DNA from: Octopus sinensis
Lineage: Eukaryota
Reading direction: 5' to 3'
DNA length: 64,000 nt
Assembly (NCBI RefSeq): GCF_006345805.1
Contig: NC_043000.1
Span: forward strand, 139,500,001-139,564,000
The position numbers and the translations under genes were made by a program. The notes beneath the pieces are model-generated. The model saw only the letters and a list, made by a program, of their open reading frames with translations, did not search any database and had not been told where the DNA came from. The stretch's first letter is position 1, and each line of letters starts with the position of its first letter. Positions 1-12,141 of this stretch are shown piece after piece.

Positions 1-99
1 TAATTTGTGATACTTCCCTAACAATTTTTGTTTTATATTTCTTTCCATCTTAATTTATTTTTCCTTTCTTTTTCACTCCCTCATCTAGTGTAGACACAC

Positions 100-108
100 A
101 CACACAAG

Positions 109-144
<36 letters not shown>

Positions 145-847
145 TATATATCAAAGTATCTTTAGAGACAGAAAACCCCATATATATATATATATAGTTA
201 TGTTATTATATACATGTGTGTGTTTGTATACATGTGTATATGTAAATGTGAATATGTACATACATTTACATACACCTACATACATACATACATATATATA
301 TATATATACTTATGCATACATATATATACATATACATAAATATATATAAGTATGTATAAATTTGTATATGTGTGTGTATGTGTGTGTGTGTCTATGTATA
401 TGTATATATCTTATATATGTATGCATGCATGTGTGTGTTTGTGCATGTACATTTTTATATCTGAATACAAGAACATACATGCAAGTGTCTGTAATGTGTT
501 TGCATATAAATCTTTTATTTCAGACTGTATGCAAATATATATGTAAAATTATTAAGATGTGAGCGAATGTCTGCATGTGTTTCTCTATGTAACATTTCAT
601 TTGAATATATGCCTCTGTTCATGTGTATAGAGAGAAATATATGCAAGTAGATATATACATGTATATATAACATCGCTATATTTAATCATCATCAACCTCA
701 TCACCACCACCATCACCATCACGTACACCAGCTAAATGATGATGATGTTGATCAGGCATACACGTATGGATCTATGTGTATGTATGCATATATATATATA
801 CATACATGCATATATATATATATACATATATACATGCATATATATAT
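100..847. repeat. Compound (TA)n/(TG)n/(CAT)n microsatellite tract
   Basis: Runs of TA, TG and CAT/CAC units; the ORFs called here are low-complexity artefacts. Confidence 0.95.
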
Positions 848-1168
848 TGGATTAACTGTTGGAGTGGACGGACGTCTATTTGTTTCTCTCCCAAGTCAGT
901 AGCAAGCTACACAGCTTCAAAACTAACTGACCTTAATATATATATATTTGTAACCACGTGTTTGCCTACAAACCCGTAAGTACGTTTTCATTTAACTACA
1001 AATTGTTATATACACCTGTTTTTCTTTTAATATCCTCAAACAACCAAATAATCAAAAACTCACACCCTTAAGAGAGAACATTTATATATATATACACTTC
1101 TTTAACTCCAAGAAAGAATATATATATTTTCAAAAATCAAAAGGAAAACAAACAAAAGAAAAACAAAC

Positions 1169-2041
1169 ATGACTAACTTGCAGGCCTGCAACAGACGAAA
1201 TTGGTCTGATAACGAAATTGATGTTTTGATAAACACATGGCTCTCTCTTTCCCAAACAGAAAATCTAAATGTCTTGTGTTTGAATGAGATTGCCGAAAAA
1301 ACATCACAAGTGGTCAACACACGATCCGTCAAACAGATTCGTAGCAAGTTGAAACATATCGAAGTATCTTTCAAACTGATAAGAGGTCATTATGAAAAGC
1401 TTCTACATATTTTCACGGTTCAAGAACAACAACAGCTAGAAAATCAGCAGCCACAACAACAACAACAGAATGAGCCACTCCTGGTTCCCAGCACAATGGC
1501 TGACCCTGACATCGGTCAGGCGCAACAACAACAACAACAGCCACAGCAACAAGAACAACAGCCACTCCTCAACTCTAGCTTACTAGACGATTCACTAAAT
1601 GCCAGTATCTTTTCACCGCTCTCACAGCAACCACCACAATTATCATCATCATCATCACCACCGCTGCCACCATCGTCTTCTATCACCAAAAATACCAACA
1701 GAAAACCAAATAAGAAACCACTGCCCTCTTCCCCCACATCACCACCTCAATACTACTGCAGTAACAAAAACTTAAAGAAACATAGGAAGCAGAATGCGCC
1801 CCCCACGGCTCAAACAAGAAATCCCCAAATATGCCGCTATTCACTGCGCCAGAGACTCTGCACAAATAGTGACTGCATCTTCACGCATCTACCCGGCACT
1901 AGACGCACTACCGGCCAAGGCCAAAGCACGCATCCCACAATAACATCAACACCACCAATAGTAAATCGAAATTCAAAACACACACAACTCGGAGTCCCAA
2001 AATCTGCCGGTATTCCCAACGTGAGAGAACATGTCTACTGA
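1169..2041 (+). CDS. LINE ORF1p: Myb/SANT-like N-terminus, poly-Q, CCCH zinc finger; continues in a shifted frame
   Basis: WSDNEIDVLINTW...EIAEK...RSVKQIRSKLKHI resembles a trihelix/Myb-SANT domain. CRYSLRQRLCTNSDCIFTH (1832-1888) is C-x8-C-x4-C-x3-H. A second finger CRYSQRERTCLLSDCPFTH lies at 2005-2061 in frame +1. Confidence 0.75.
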   Translation: MTNLQACNRRNWSDNEIDVLINTWLSLSQTENLNVLCLNEIAEKTSQVVNTRSVKQIRSKLKHIEVSFKLIRGHYEKLLHIFTVQEQQQLENQQPQQQQQNEPLLVPSTMADPDIGQAQQQQQQPQQQEQQPLLNSSLLDDSLNASIFSPLSQQPPQLSSSSSPPLPPSSSITKNTNRKPNKKPLPSSPTSPPQYYCSNKNLKKHRKQNAPPTAQTRNPQICRYSLRQRLCTNSDCIFTHLPGTRRTTGQGQSTHPTITSTPPIVNRNSKHTQLGVPKSAGIPNVREHVY

Positions 2042-2358
2042 GTGACTGTCCCTTCACTCATCTTCCAGGGACCCGACGCACAAACAGAAACGGGGCCTCA
2101 AGCCAACACACAAACCTGAATAACAATAAAATAGAAACACACCATGCTGCAGTAATGCTGGTCCAGTCTTTTCAGGAAGACACAAAAACAACAACAACAA
2201 AAGTGGAAACTACAACCCTATCCAACAGTGCAACCACACCTCTAGCCAAAAACTGCTCCCTAAGCAGGAAAATTCTTTTTTAGCCATGTTGAACATGGCA
2301 AAGAGATACACAAAAACATTCTAGCCATCACTCAACACCATCCTATGCTATTACCCCA

Positions 2359-5300
2359 GTGCGCCAATTCCCCACATTGCTGCCACTAACACACACAAAA
2401 AATCCAAGCCCCCTGCAACAGTCAAAACCAGCCACTACACTAACCTCCTCATTCCTACTCAATGCACAAGGTGTCAGCCCTTCCATCAATGCACAAAAAT
2501 GGAAGGTCCAATTCATTGAAGACTGGGTTGGTAACCATTCACACCACATCCCTTTCTTCATTCTCACTGAGACCCACCTTGACACTCCCACTTGGAAGCC
2601 GAAGTGAGAGTGAAGAATTTCACAACCATCCGCGCGGATCGTATCGGCAGGAGGAAGGGTGGAACTGCCATTTTCCTGCATGATTCATTTACGGCAGATG
2701 GAAATAGTATATTCTCCAACGGCTACTGTGAATCAGTCACCGTGCACAACAAAGCCAATGACCTGACAGTAATTGGGCTCTATAGGCCGCCCCAAACACC
2801 CATACTGTGCTTTAAAGAATGCCTCAACAGCATTAAGTGCTTTATTCAACAGTGCCATTCTAGCAACATACTCATGATGGGAGACTTCAATCTACCCTGT
2901 GTTGACTGGACTACAAACTGTTTGAAACCAAGCACTCCCGCCTCAACCGCTGACAAAGAAGCAGCAGAGTCACTTTTCGACTTTACGAATGAGTTTTTCT
3001 TGTCCCAACTTGTCCTTGCACCAACAAGACATCAGAACATTTTGGACCTAGTGTTTAGTAACCACACTAACACTATACATAACGTTACAGTGGAAAAAAC
3101 CCTTCTTTCAGACCATGACATGGTTCTCTGTAACATGAAATTCCACCAGCCGAAAGCTAATCCTAGTGACCTTCCTCCAGCCCACCCATTTGACAACATG
3201 GATCTCCATAAAGCCAACTGGGATGCAATCAGGAACGAGCTATCAAATGTTGACTGGTCCTTTACACATACACACATCTCCACCAACCATAAAACATCTT
3301 GGCAGATCTTTGTAGACACCGTCACAGACATATGTGCAAAACACTCCCCACCAAGACCTGTGAACAAAAAGTGCAGAATCCCCCAAAACAGAAAAACCAT
3401 TATCAGAAAAATAAAAAGAACAACAAAAAAATTAACAAACTAAAGTACTGCCAACAGCAACACACACATTCGACGGCTATCGCACTGCTTGAATCCAAAA
3501 AATATAACCTCCAACAATGCATGAAGACCCTCATCAATAACCAAAGATCAGCTGAGGAGAAGTGGGCCATTGAAAAAATCAAACTCAACCCCAAAGTGTT
3601 CTTTTCATTTGCGAGGAAACGCAGGGTCACTGTCTCCACTGTAGGCCCTCTAATTGACGAAACTGGCACTCTCCAAGATAATGCCAAATCCATGGCCGAG
3701 ATACTGCAGAAACAATACTGCTCTGTTTTCAGCAATCCTGATATGGCCGATCTGGGCTGTATCAGTGATGTCAACCCCCAACACACTATATCGGACATAA
3801 CGTTTAGTGCCCCTGATGTCTTAGCGGCGATAAACGAAATAAAACACAATTCAGCAGTAGGCCCCGATAGGTTCCCTGCTTGTGTCCTGAAGGTGTGTCG
3901 ACACCAACTTGCATCTCCCCTTGCTAATCTGTGGAGAAACTCACTGGATGCTGGCTATATTCCAAAAAACCTTCTGTCCCAGTCTGTTGTCCCAGTTTTC
4001 AAAAAGGGAAACAAGTCCCTTGCAGTGAATTACCGTCCGATCTCACTCACCTCTCATATCATCAAGGTATTTGAGAGGGTGGTGAGATCTCGAATAACCC
4101 AATTTCTGGAAAGCAACAGACGGCTGATCTCCAACCAACATGGGTTCCGTAATGGAAGGGACTGCCTAACGCAGCTCCTGCATCACTTTGAGGACATTTT
4201 GAGAGCTTTGGGAGAGGGCTCCAACACCGATGTCATCTACCTTGATTTCAGTAAGGCCTTCGACAGGGTCGATCACAAGATCCTATTGAAAAAACTATCC
4301 AACATTGGTGTCTCTGGAAAGTTACTGAAATGGATTAAGTGTTTCCTGACAGACAGATCTCAACATGTTGTAGTTGAAGGGGTAAAATCAAGCCCAGCCA
4401 AAGTCAGTAGTGGCGTTCCGCAAGGCACTGTGCTGGGCCCACTTCTTTTCATCATTTACATTAATGACATTAATGACATCATCAAGCACAGCAACATAAA
4501 AATCTTTGCAGATGACTCCAAGCTACAGAAGGTCATAAATGAGGCGAGTGACCGGACATGCCTTCAGTCAGATCTACTGGCTGTTATCCAATGGGCAGAA
4601 AAAAACAATATGCTGCTGAACGAGGATAAATTTGAGCTAATCCACTTTGGAAAAGAGGATGCCCTGAAACTCCCATACTCCCTTCCTTCAGGTGAAACTC
4701 TCGCGGCGTCCAACAACATCAGAGACTTGGGAGTAATTGTGGACAACAACGTAAGCTGGGCCACTCATATAAACACCAAAGTTGACATGGCCCGCAGAAT
4801 GTGTTCCTGGATTCTCAGAACTTTCCAGTCGAGAGATATCCACACCATTATCCTTCTCTTCTCCACTTTTGCCCGACCCCACCTTGAATACTGTTGTCCA
4901 CTGTGGTCTCCCCACACAATACAAGGTATCATAAAAGTTGAAGCACCTCAAAGGGCAATCACAAAAAAGATAGATGGCATGACAGGCCTCGACTATTGGG
5001 GTCGACTAGAAAAGCTAAAACTCTATTCTCTCCAACGTCGTCGTGAGCGCTACATCATCTGCATGATGTGGAAAATATTCCATCAGCATTGCCCAAATGA
5101 TGTTGGCATCACCTTTAAGGTACATCCAAGGCTTGGGCCCCGTGCCATCCGCCCAAAACAAAAATCGCACTCTCATCTCATAACAACAATACGGCACAAT
5201 TATTTCACCTCAATTGGCCCCGCTCTCTTTAACATTACACCAAAACACATTAAAACAGAAACTGACCCTATTGGGTTCAAGAAGTATTTGGACAGATTCC

Positions 5301-5392
5301 TTCAAGAAATCCCGGATAAACCCCCTACACCCGGATATGTCTCTGTAAACAATAACTCTCTACTTGAGTGGGCCATAGTGCCCAAATTCTGA
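2359..5392 (+). pseudogene. LINE ORF2p (APE endonuclease + reverse transcriptase) with two -1 frameshifts
   Basis: APE motifs LLNAQG and LTETHL (frame +1), then IGLYRPP, MGDFNLP, LDLVF, SDH (frame +3). RT motifs NYRPISLTS, QHGFR, YLDFSKAFD, GVPQGTVLGP, FADD, LEYCCPLWSP, LYSLQRRRERY (frame +2). Shifts near 2585 and 3425. Confidence 0.93.
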
Positions 5393-5465
5393 CTTGAAAG
5401 ACTTCACCAGGTGGTGCTATTAAGTTAGACATGGCCTGGGCCAATAATGGCCGAAACCTATCAAA

Positions 5466-5603
5466 GTATATATATACACATATGTATATATACATACATA
5501 TATATATATGTATATATATACATATGTATATATACATACATATATATATGTATATATATATGTGTGTGTATATATGCATATATACATATATAAACTTACA
5601 TAA

Positions 5604-5648
<45 letters not shown>

Positions 5649-5655
5649 ATGATAT

Positions 5656-5701
<46 letters not shown>

Positions 5702-6244
5702 TCTATATATATATATATTTGTGTGTATGTAGATTTTTCAGTTGATACATATGTGTGTATGCATATGTGCATGGTAAACGTGGTTTCTCTATCTGTGTCT
5801 GTATCCTTAGCATCTTTATTTACAAGTTATGTGAAAAATGATATGATATTTTCATGGGAAATGCTCATTGAACAACAGTTGTTAATCTTCTTTTCTATGT
5901 TAATTGGTGAAATTGATAAGGAAGCCTTTGACAACCAAACATTAATGATCTTTAGATGAGATATATGACTGCACAGAATTGACATCGAATCTACCAGAAA
6001 TGAAGTTTTGATTAGAAAGAATGTGTACATGTAGTTACAGGGTGTGCATGTATATATATACAGGACTGTTGTATATTTGTGCAACGACTGCATGCATGCA
6101 TGTATGTATGTATGTATGTATGTATGTATGTATGTATGTATGTATGTATGTATGTACGTATATATGTATGTATGTATGTATGTTTGTATGTATGTATGTA
6201 TGTACGTATATATGTATGTATGTGTATGTATGTATGTACGTACG

Positions 6245-6278
<34 letters not shown>

Positions 6279-6630
6279 TGTATGTATGTATGTATGTATG
6301 TATGTATGTATGTATGTACGTATGTATGTATGTATGTTTGTATGCATGGATGAATGGATTGATGGATGGCTGTATTTATCTATCTCTATCTGTCTCTCTG
6401 TCTGTTTTACCGTCTGTGTATGTAAATATATGTGTGCGTATGTATGTATACGTGTGTGAGTATGTATACATATGTAATATATTTATATCATTATCATCAT
6501 CATCATATATAAATATATTACATATGTATACATATATGCATGGATTTATTCATATATATATATATATATACATACATGCATATATATATACAGATATATA
6601 TGTGTGTGTGTGTGTGTGTGTGTATAGATG
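5466..6630. repeat. (TA)n, (TATG)n and (TG)n microsatellite block
   Basis: Long (TATG)n at ~6105-6340 plus TA/TG tracts. Confidence 0.95.
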
Positions 6631-6886
6631 AGCAATTATTAGCATTTGTTTTCTTTAGTAGTTGTTGTTCTTATTATATACTCTTACATATATGTTATCA
6701 CCATCAACATTTTTACCAATTCTGTTCTGCTTTCCATGCCATTATGTGTTGATCATGTCTTTATTGAGCGAATTATTTCTTATTTGGATTTACTGTTTTT
6801 GTGGATAGCTTAGCAGCGAAATCAATCTTGTATCTATCATTTTTTGTGGGGTATTTCGTGTATGGATTGATGCCCTTCCTAATACC

Positions 6887-7117
6887 TATTTCTTTATTGC
6901 CCACAAGGGGCTACACAGAGGGGACAAACAAGGACAGACATAGGTATTAAGTCGATTACATCGACCCCAGTGCGTAACTGGTACTTAATTTATCGACCCC
7001 GAAAGGATGAAAGGCAAAGTTGACCTCGGCGGAATTTGAACTCAGAACGTTGCGCCAGACGAAATACCGCTAAGCATTTCGCATGGTGCACTAACGTTTC
7101 TGCCAGCTCGCCACCTT
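6887..7117 (-). mobile_element. tRNA-derived SINE, family B (MetaSINE-like core), with TSD
   Basis: Minus strand reads AAGGTGGCGAGCTGGCAGAA...GAGTTCAAATTCC...CCTTTCATCCTTTCGGGGTCGATAAATTAAGTACCAG. Direct repeat CCTTCCTAATACC at 6874-6886 and 7114-7126. Confidence 0.85.
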
Positions 7118-7589
7118 CCTAATACCAAATCTGTATAACCTGTATTATATACAATTTATTTGAAAAATAGCATTAGGAAGTTTACTTTTTCTACCAGCAA
7201 TAGTAAAACATATTCTCTTCTGTATGATGTCATTATTTATTGAAGCCAACATGACTGAGATTAAATAGATGACTGGATGATGAAGGAGAGTAAAACCAGG
7301 ATGAAGAAAATGTAATAAAAGAGATTTATAATAGAGGCAACAGACAGATAGGGCATGTGAGTTATAGAAGAAGTGATGAAATAAATATAGTGATAGGAAG
7401 GTACATGTTGGTTGGCAATAATGAGTGACTACAATGCAACTCTGGCAGCATGGCTGCAGAAAATAGTATGATAGGAGAGAGCTTTGGTGATAGAAGAAGG
7501 TGTAACAGAAAAGTGAAAGTTGTGGTTGTCAACATTAAGTCATGAAGGGGTAAACATTTGGCTTTCATTTAATTCAATCATTAGACTGC

Positions 7590-7745
7590 AGCCATTCTGG
7601 AGCACTGTCTTGAAGAATTATAGTTAAACACATTGATCACAGTGATAATTATTTTGAGCGTGGTACTTATTCTACCAGTCACTTTTGTTGAACTGCTAAG
7701 TTACAGAGATGTAAACACAACAACACTAGTTGTCAAGCAGTAGTG
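7590..7745 (-). mobile_element. Degenerate 3' part of SINE family A
   Basis: Alignable by eye to 12740-12910. Confidence 0.6.
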
Positions 7746-7747
7746 AA

Positions 7748-7986
7748 TTGTTCCTTCTCAATCCACACCTGGCTCATAAGGGCCAGTTTCCCAGTTTCCT
7801 TGGCGTATAGATTCCTGCAAGATGCAGGAGGAAAGAGGAAAGTTGTGGCAAAAGAGTCAGCAGAAGTTCGCCATTACCTTCTGCTGGAGCCATAAACATA
7901 CACACATCACTCAGTCTGAGATTCGAACTCACAATTCCTCGACCATGAGTCTGCTGCTCTAACCACTAGGCCGTGTGCCTCCACAG
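7748..7986 (-). mobile_element. tRNA-derived SINE, family C
   Basis: Reverse complement matches 26687-26995: TGGAGGCACACGGCCTAGTGGTTAG A-box head and GAGTTCGAATC B-box. Confidence 0.8.
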
Positions 7987-7999
7987 TGGTGGATGACAA

Positions 8000-8195
8000 A
8001 CACAGATACAAAGACACACACACACATATATATAAGCATAATGGTCTTCTTTCATTCTCCAACAACCAAATCCACTCAAAGGGTTTTGGTCAGCCTAAGG
8101 CTATAGTAGAAGACTCATGCTCAAGATGGCACACAGTGGAATCGAACCCTGAACAATGTGGTTATGAAGCAAACTTCTTACCACACAGCTATACT
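8000..8195 (-). mobile_element. Degenerate 5' half of SINE family A
   Basis: CCAAATCCACTCA..GGCTATAGTAGAAGAC..CACAGTGG block shared with other copies. Confidence 0.7.
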
Positions 8196-8399
8196 CGCAA
8201 GAGTTAATTAAAATCAAGATATCACTTAAAATACAAATTTAATATGTATGTTTTAAAACTACAGAATTTTCAGCTTAACTTAATCTGCATTTATAGGGTT
8301 TTATAGTTACTTTAAATTACAATCTTTAGATATTCTTTGAAATGGTATCGGTTTTGTTTAGTAACACCATAATGTCTTTATAGTTATATCTATTATAAA

Positions 8400-8610
8400 G
8401 GCAGCAAAATAACAGAATCATTAGCACATCAGACAAAATACTAAGTGGTGTTTCTTCTGAGTCATTATGTTCTGAGTTCAAATCCTTCTGAGGTTGACTT
8501 TGCCTTTCATCTCTTTGATAAAAACAATGTACAAGTCAAGCACTACGGTTGTTGCGATCAAGTTGTCCCCTCTCCTAAAAATTACTGGCCTTGGGCCAAA
8601 ATTTGAAACA
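8400..8610 (+). mobile_element. Degenerate SINE family B
   Basis: GTTCTGAGTTCAAATCC..GAGGTTGACTTTGCCTTTCATC matches 11230-11275. Confidence 0.7.
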
Positions 8611-9054
8611 ATTATAGCTGTAACAAATAAAACTTTCATTTTCAAATATGGAGTCTCAGTTTTATTTCACGTGCCATTAGAGTAACACCCTCAAATGCAA
8701 CATTTACATACATGCAAATTCACACAGTTTTCACCCCATATAGAAATACATGGTGATATGACAATACTTCATATCTCTTGTTATAAATCATACAGTCAAC
8801 TCAACTCTAAACTAACAACCCTACTCTCTTTTTCTGTCTCTCTGTCTCTCTCACTCAGATGGGAGAGTGCTCACTTAGCATTTTAGAGTCACCTGGATTC
8901 TCCAAATTGAATCTCTCGCAATTTTTTTATCAGTGCCAGGGCCACTTGACTGGCCCCCTATATATATATCTATGTTTTATCCACTCTTTTTCTAAATGTA
9001 ATGCTTGATCACTTAAACAGCAGCAGTAGAGTTCAATCTTCTTTCCCTTTTTAA

Positions 9055-9283
9055 TTGACCCTTTAGCATTTAAACCGGCCATATCTGGCCAAAAGTATTC
9101 TGCCTGTTTTATGTCCAAACTGGTCAGATCTGGTCTCTCACACCAACCCTACAATATCGTCTTAAAAATTAACAGCTACCTCATCAAAATCTCATAACTA
9201 CAAGATGATGCATGATTAGTTCAAAACAATGTGGATAAAGAAGCATTAATTTTGGCAGACTAATGCGAACACTAAAGGGTTAA
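9055..9283. mobile_element. piggyBac-like MITE
   Basis: Left end TTGA-CCCTTTAG, right end CTAAAGGG-TTAA: CCC-type TIR with a TTAA target, left copy mutated. Confidence 0.5.
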
Positions 9284-10393
9284 ACTCTTGTCTACACTGA
9301 TTTTACTTTAAGACGTCTCAATTCCAAAATTTGCTTCAACATTCAAAATTTCTTTAATAGTAATTCATCAACAAATTTAACTATGGCAACTAAGAATACA
9401 TAAAACAGTTGCATTTTGAGAAATATTTATTTATCTATATTTATAATTAAGTTAACTTTCAGACGTCAAGGTGTTTTTATTTATTTCATAAGTAATATTT
9501 TAAATGAATGATAATGCCTGTCTTTCATGTGAACAATGCTTTAAAATATTTATTAGGAAATCTAATAATTAAAAAAAAAATAAATAAAAGAAGCAGTAAA
9601 CAAAATCATTGCACATTGTTCTAGCTTTGATATTCTTTGACAATTATGGTTTATAGAATTACCATCACATTTCTAGTTTGATAATCTCATAAAAAAATTG
9701 TCTCAAGAATTGCTAAATGAGGAAAATTATGTTATTTCTATTATTTCATCTATTTGAAGAGCAGTAAAAGTATGTTATGGTCAGAGACATCTTAACAATA
9801 CAATGGACACTGTAGCCAGGCAATAGAATGTGACCCCTACATACACATCCACTGCATACATAGATTAGAATTAGGTACCTAGATTTGTAGGGTCCCAGTG
9901 AGCCTTCGCTTCAAGATAGCACCGATAATGGTTCTGTATTATCAATCATCCTTATATTACAGCTAATCAATTTGGTACGATTCTTTATCTCCAGATTAAC
10001 CTGTCATTATCCTGTTATATTAGAGATATGTAGGAAATTATCAGCTATATCCATTCCTTTCAGAATGTATCAGATTAAGATTTGAAAAAGTTTTAGCTGC
10101 TATTTCTAGCAGTTTGAACTTTGGTACAGAGGTACTCAAACTGGGTCGCCCGCTCATCATAAGTGCTTTTATGCAAAATAGGCAGTGTTTTGTTGCCACT
10201 TGTTTTATTAGAAAAAATTCCTCTTTTTCTTTTTATTTGCTTAGTTTTTGGAGGCATAGGCGATGTGAAGTTGGAAGAAAAAGTAATTGCTCCATTAATA
10301 TGATACTATATAAGATATATTAGAACAATTCTGTTTATTACATCTAGTTAAAATGTATCTAATCAAGAGGGAAAATTCATTAAAATTCATCAT

Positions 10394-10766
10394 CAACCAC
10401 ATGGTTCTGGGTTCAGTCCCACTGCATGGCACCTTGGGCAAGTGTCTTCTACTATAGCCTCGGGCCGACCAAAGCCTTGTGAGTGGATTTGGTAGACGGA
10501 AACTGAAAGAAGATCGTCGTATATATGTATATATATATATATATGCGTGTGTGTGTTTGTGTGTCTGTGTTTGTCCCCCTAGCATTGCTTGACAACCGAT
10601 GCTGGTGTGTTTACGTCCTCGTCACTTAGCAGTTCGGCAAAAGAGACCGATAGAATAAGTACTGGGCTTACAAAGAAAAAGTCCCGGGGTCGATTTGCTC
10701 GACTACAGGCGGTGCTCCAGCATGGCCGCAGTCAAATGACTGAAACATGTAAAAGAGTAAAGAGTA
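10394..10766 (+). mobile_element. tRNA-derived SINE family A (slightly 5'-truncated)
   Basis: GGTTCAGTCCC B-box, GCACCTTGGGCAAGTGTCTT core, internal (TA)/(TG), AAAAGAGT tail. Confidence 0.9.
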
Positions 10767-11142
10767 TCATCATAAACAACACGATCATGATCATCACCAC
10801 AACAACGACAACAACCACCAACACCACCATCATTGTCGTCATGTTTCCTTTCAAGATCTAAGCCAGCTTTTCTTTTCAGAGGAGATGGACAGTCACATCT
10901 CACTTATATATTACACTTTTGGCTTGGTTTCTATGACTGAACACTGTCCAGTATTCACCCACTTTTTGCATCCACAGTTTTCATCTAATTTGTGTATCCT
11001 GGGTTTCTCATGCTGTCTTCAACTTTCTCTCAGAATCCTATTTAGGTGAGGTTAGATTGACCTTGAAACACATGGCTAAAATTTAAACTTCACTATTTAG
11101 CTATGCATGCATCTGTATATACAGACTAAAATAATGCTGAAT

Positions 11143-11647
11143 TATAATTTTATTGAGCTTCAAGGCGGCGAGCTGGCAGAAACGTTAGCACACTGGGCGA
11201 AATGCATAGCCATATTTCATCTGCCATTACGTTCTGAGTTCAAATTCCGCTGAGGTCAACTTTGCCTTTCATCCTTTCGGGGTCAATAAATTAAGTACCT
11301 ATTTCTTTATTACCCACAAGGGGCTAAACACAGAGAGGACAGACAAGGAGATTAAGTCGATTACATCGACTCCAGTGCGTAACTGGTACTTAATTTATCG
11401 ACCCCGAAAGGATGAAAAGCAAAGTCGACCTCGGCGGAATTTGAACTCAGAACGTAACGGCAGACGAAATACGGCTATGCATTTCGTCCGGCGTGCTACC
11501 GTTTCTGCCAGCTCGCCACCTTATTAAGTACCAGTTATGCATTAGGGTCGATGTAATCGTCTTAATCCGTTTGTCTGTCCTTGTTTGTCCCCTCTGTGTT
11601 TAGCCCCTTGTGGTTAATAAAGAAATATATAATTTTATTGAGCTTCA
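11143..11647. mobile_element. Family B SINE (+) with a second family B SINE (-) nested inside; both TSDs intact
   Basis: Outer TSD TATAATTTTATTGAGCTTCA at 11143-11162 and 11628-11647. Inner copy 11300-11522 flanked by ATTAAGTACC at 11290-11299 and 11523-11532. Confidence 0.9.
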
Positions 11648-11828
11648 TTACATGTGTAAAACATTAAAATGTGTCTTGCCATTTTGTGTAGAAATGTAAA
11701 AATGCAAATGGATGAAAATTTAATTTCTTTTGTTGTGAATATTGATTTCTTTTGCTTATACAAAAAGAACCACTAATGCTATAACACTCCAGAGAACAGT
11801 ACAGAAAGAACTAATGACAATGCTGGGA

Positions 11829-12050
11829 ACAAGAAGAAGGTTAAGTTAGCTGGGTCATACATTGAGAATGAGTGATAGGAGGTTACCAAAAGAGGTGCTT
11901 GATTGAAAACTTCATGGTGACAAATGAGCTGTGGGATCGTCTAAGCTGACATGGCAACGACGTAAAAAAAATTATGTGAAATGAAACAAAAAGGCCTGGC
12001 ATAATGAAAAATAGTCAGTAGTCCAAGAGAAGACATGGTAGTCATGGAAG
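11829..12050 (+). pseudogene. Degenerate RTE-clade LINE C-terminal fragment
   Basis: Manual translation RRRLS*LGHTLRMSDRRLPKEVLD*KLHGDK*AVGSSKLTW matches the RTE pattern RRLRWLGHVLRM..RLPK..L.W; two of the stops fall at Trp positions. Confidence 0.65.
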
Positions 12051-12141
12051 GATTAATATGCTGCACAAAACAATAGAGACTAAGGACTAAAATACAAGTC
12101 TAGGGTAAAGTATTTGGTGTGTAGTCTACTGTATCCTACTG

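Larger units (their letters stand above)
848..5467 (+). mobile_element. Near-full-length CR1-group non-LTR retrotransposon (APE-type LINE)
   Basis: 5' UTR, ORF1, APE endonuclease and RT ORF2, then a short 3' UTR with hairpin GGCCA-ATAA-TGGCC just before the end; flanked on both sides by (TA)n. Boundaries approximate. Confidence 0.9.

Noticed and set aside
110-979. ORFs rich in Y/I/M/C/V/H/T here and at 5.3-6.7, 15.8-16.3, 38.5-39, 45.7, 47.9, 49.4, 52.2, 57.6 and 60.4-61.4 kb
   Set aside because: Translations of (TA)n, (TG)n and (TATG)n microsatellites, which lack stops in some frames.
3421-3435. A_AAA_AAA as a programmed -1 slippery site
   Set aside because: It lies within ORF2 where LINEs are continuous, with no evident downstream stimulatory structure; homopolymer deletion is simpler.
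3032-5197. Minus-strand ORFs overlapping the CR1 ORF2 (and plus-strand ORFs over the Dong ORF)
   Set aside because: Antisense shadows of a long coding frame, with no independent motifs.
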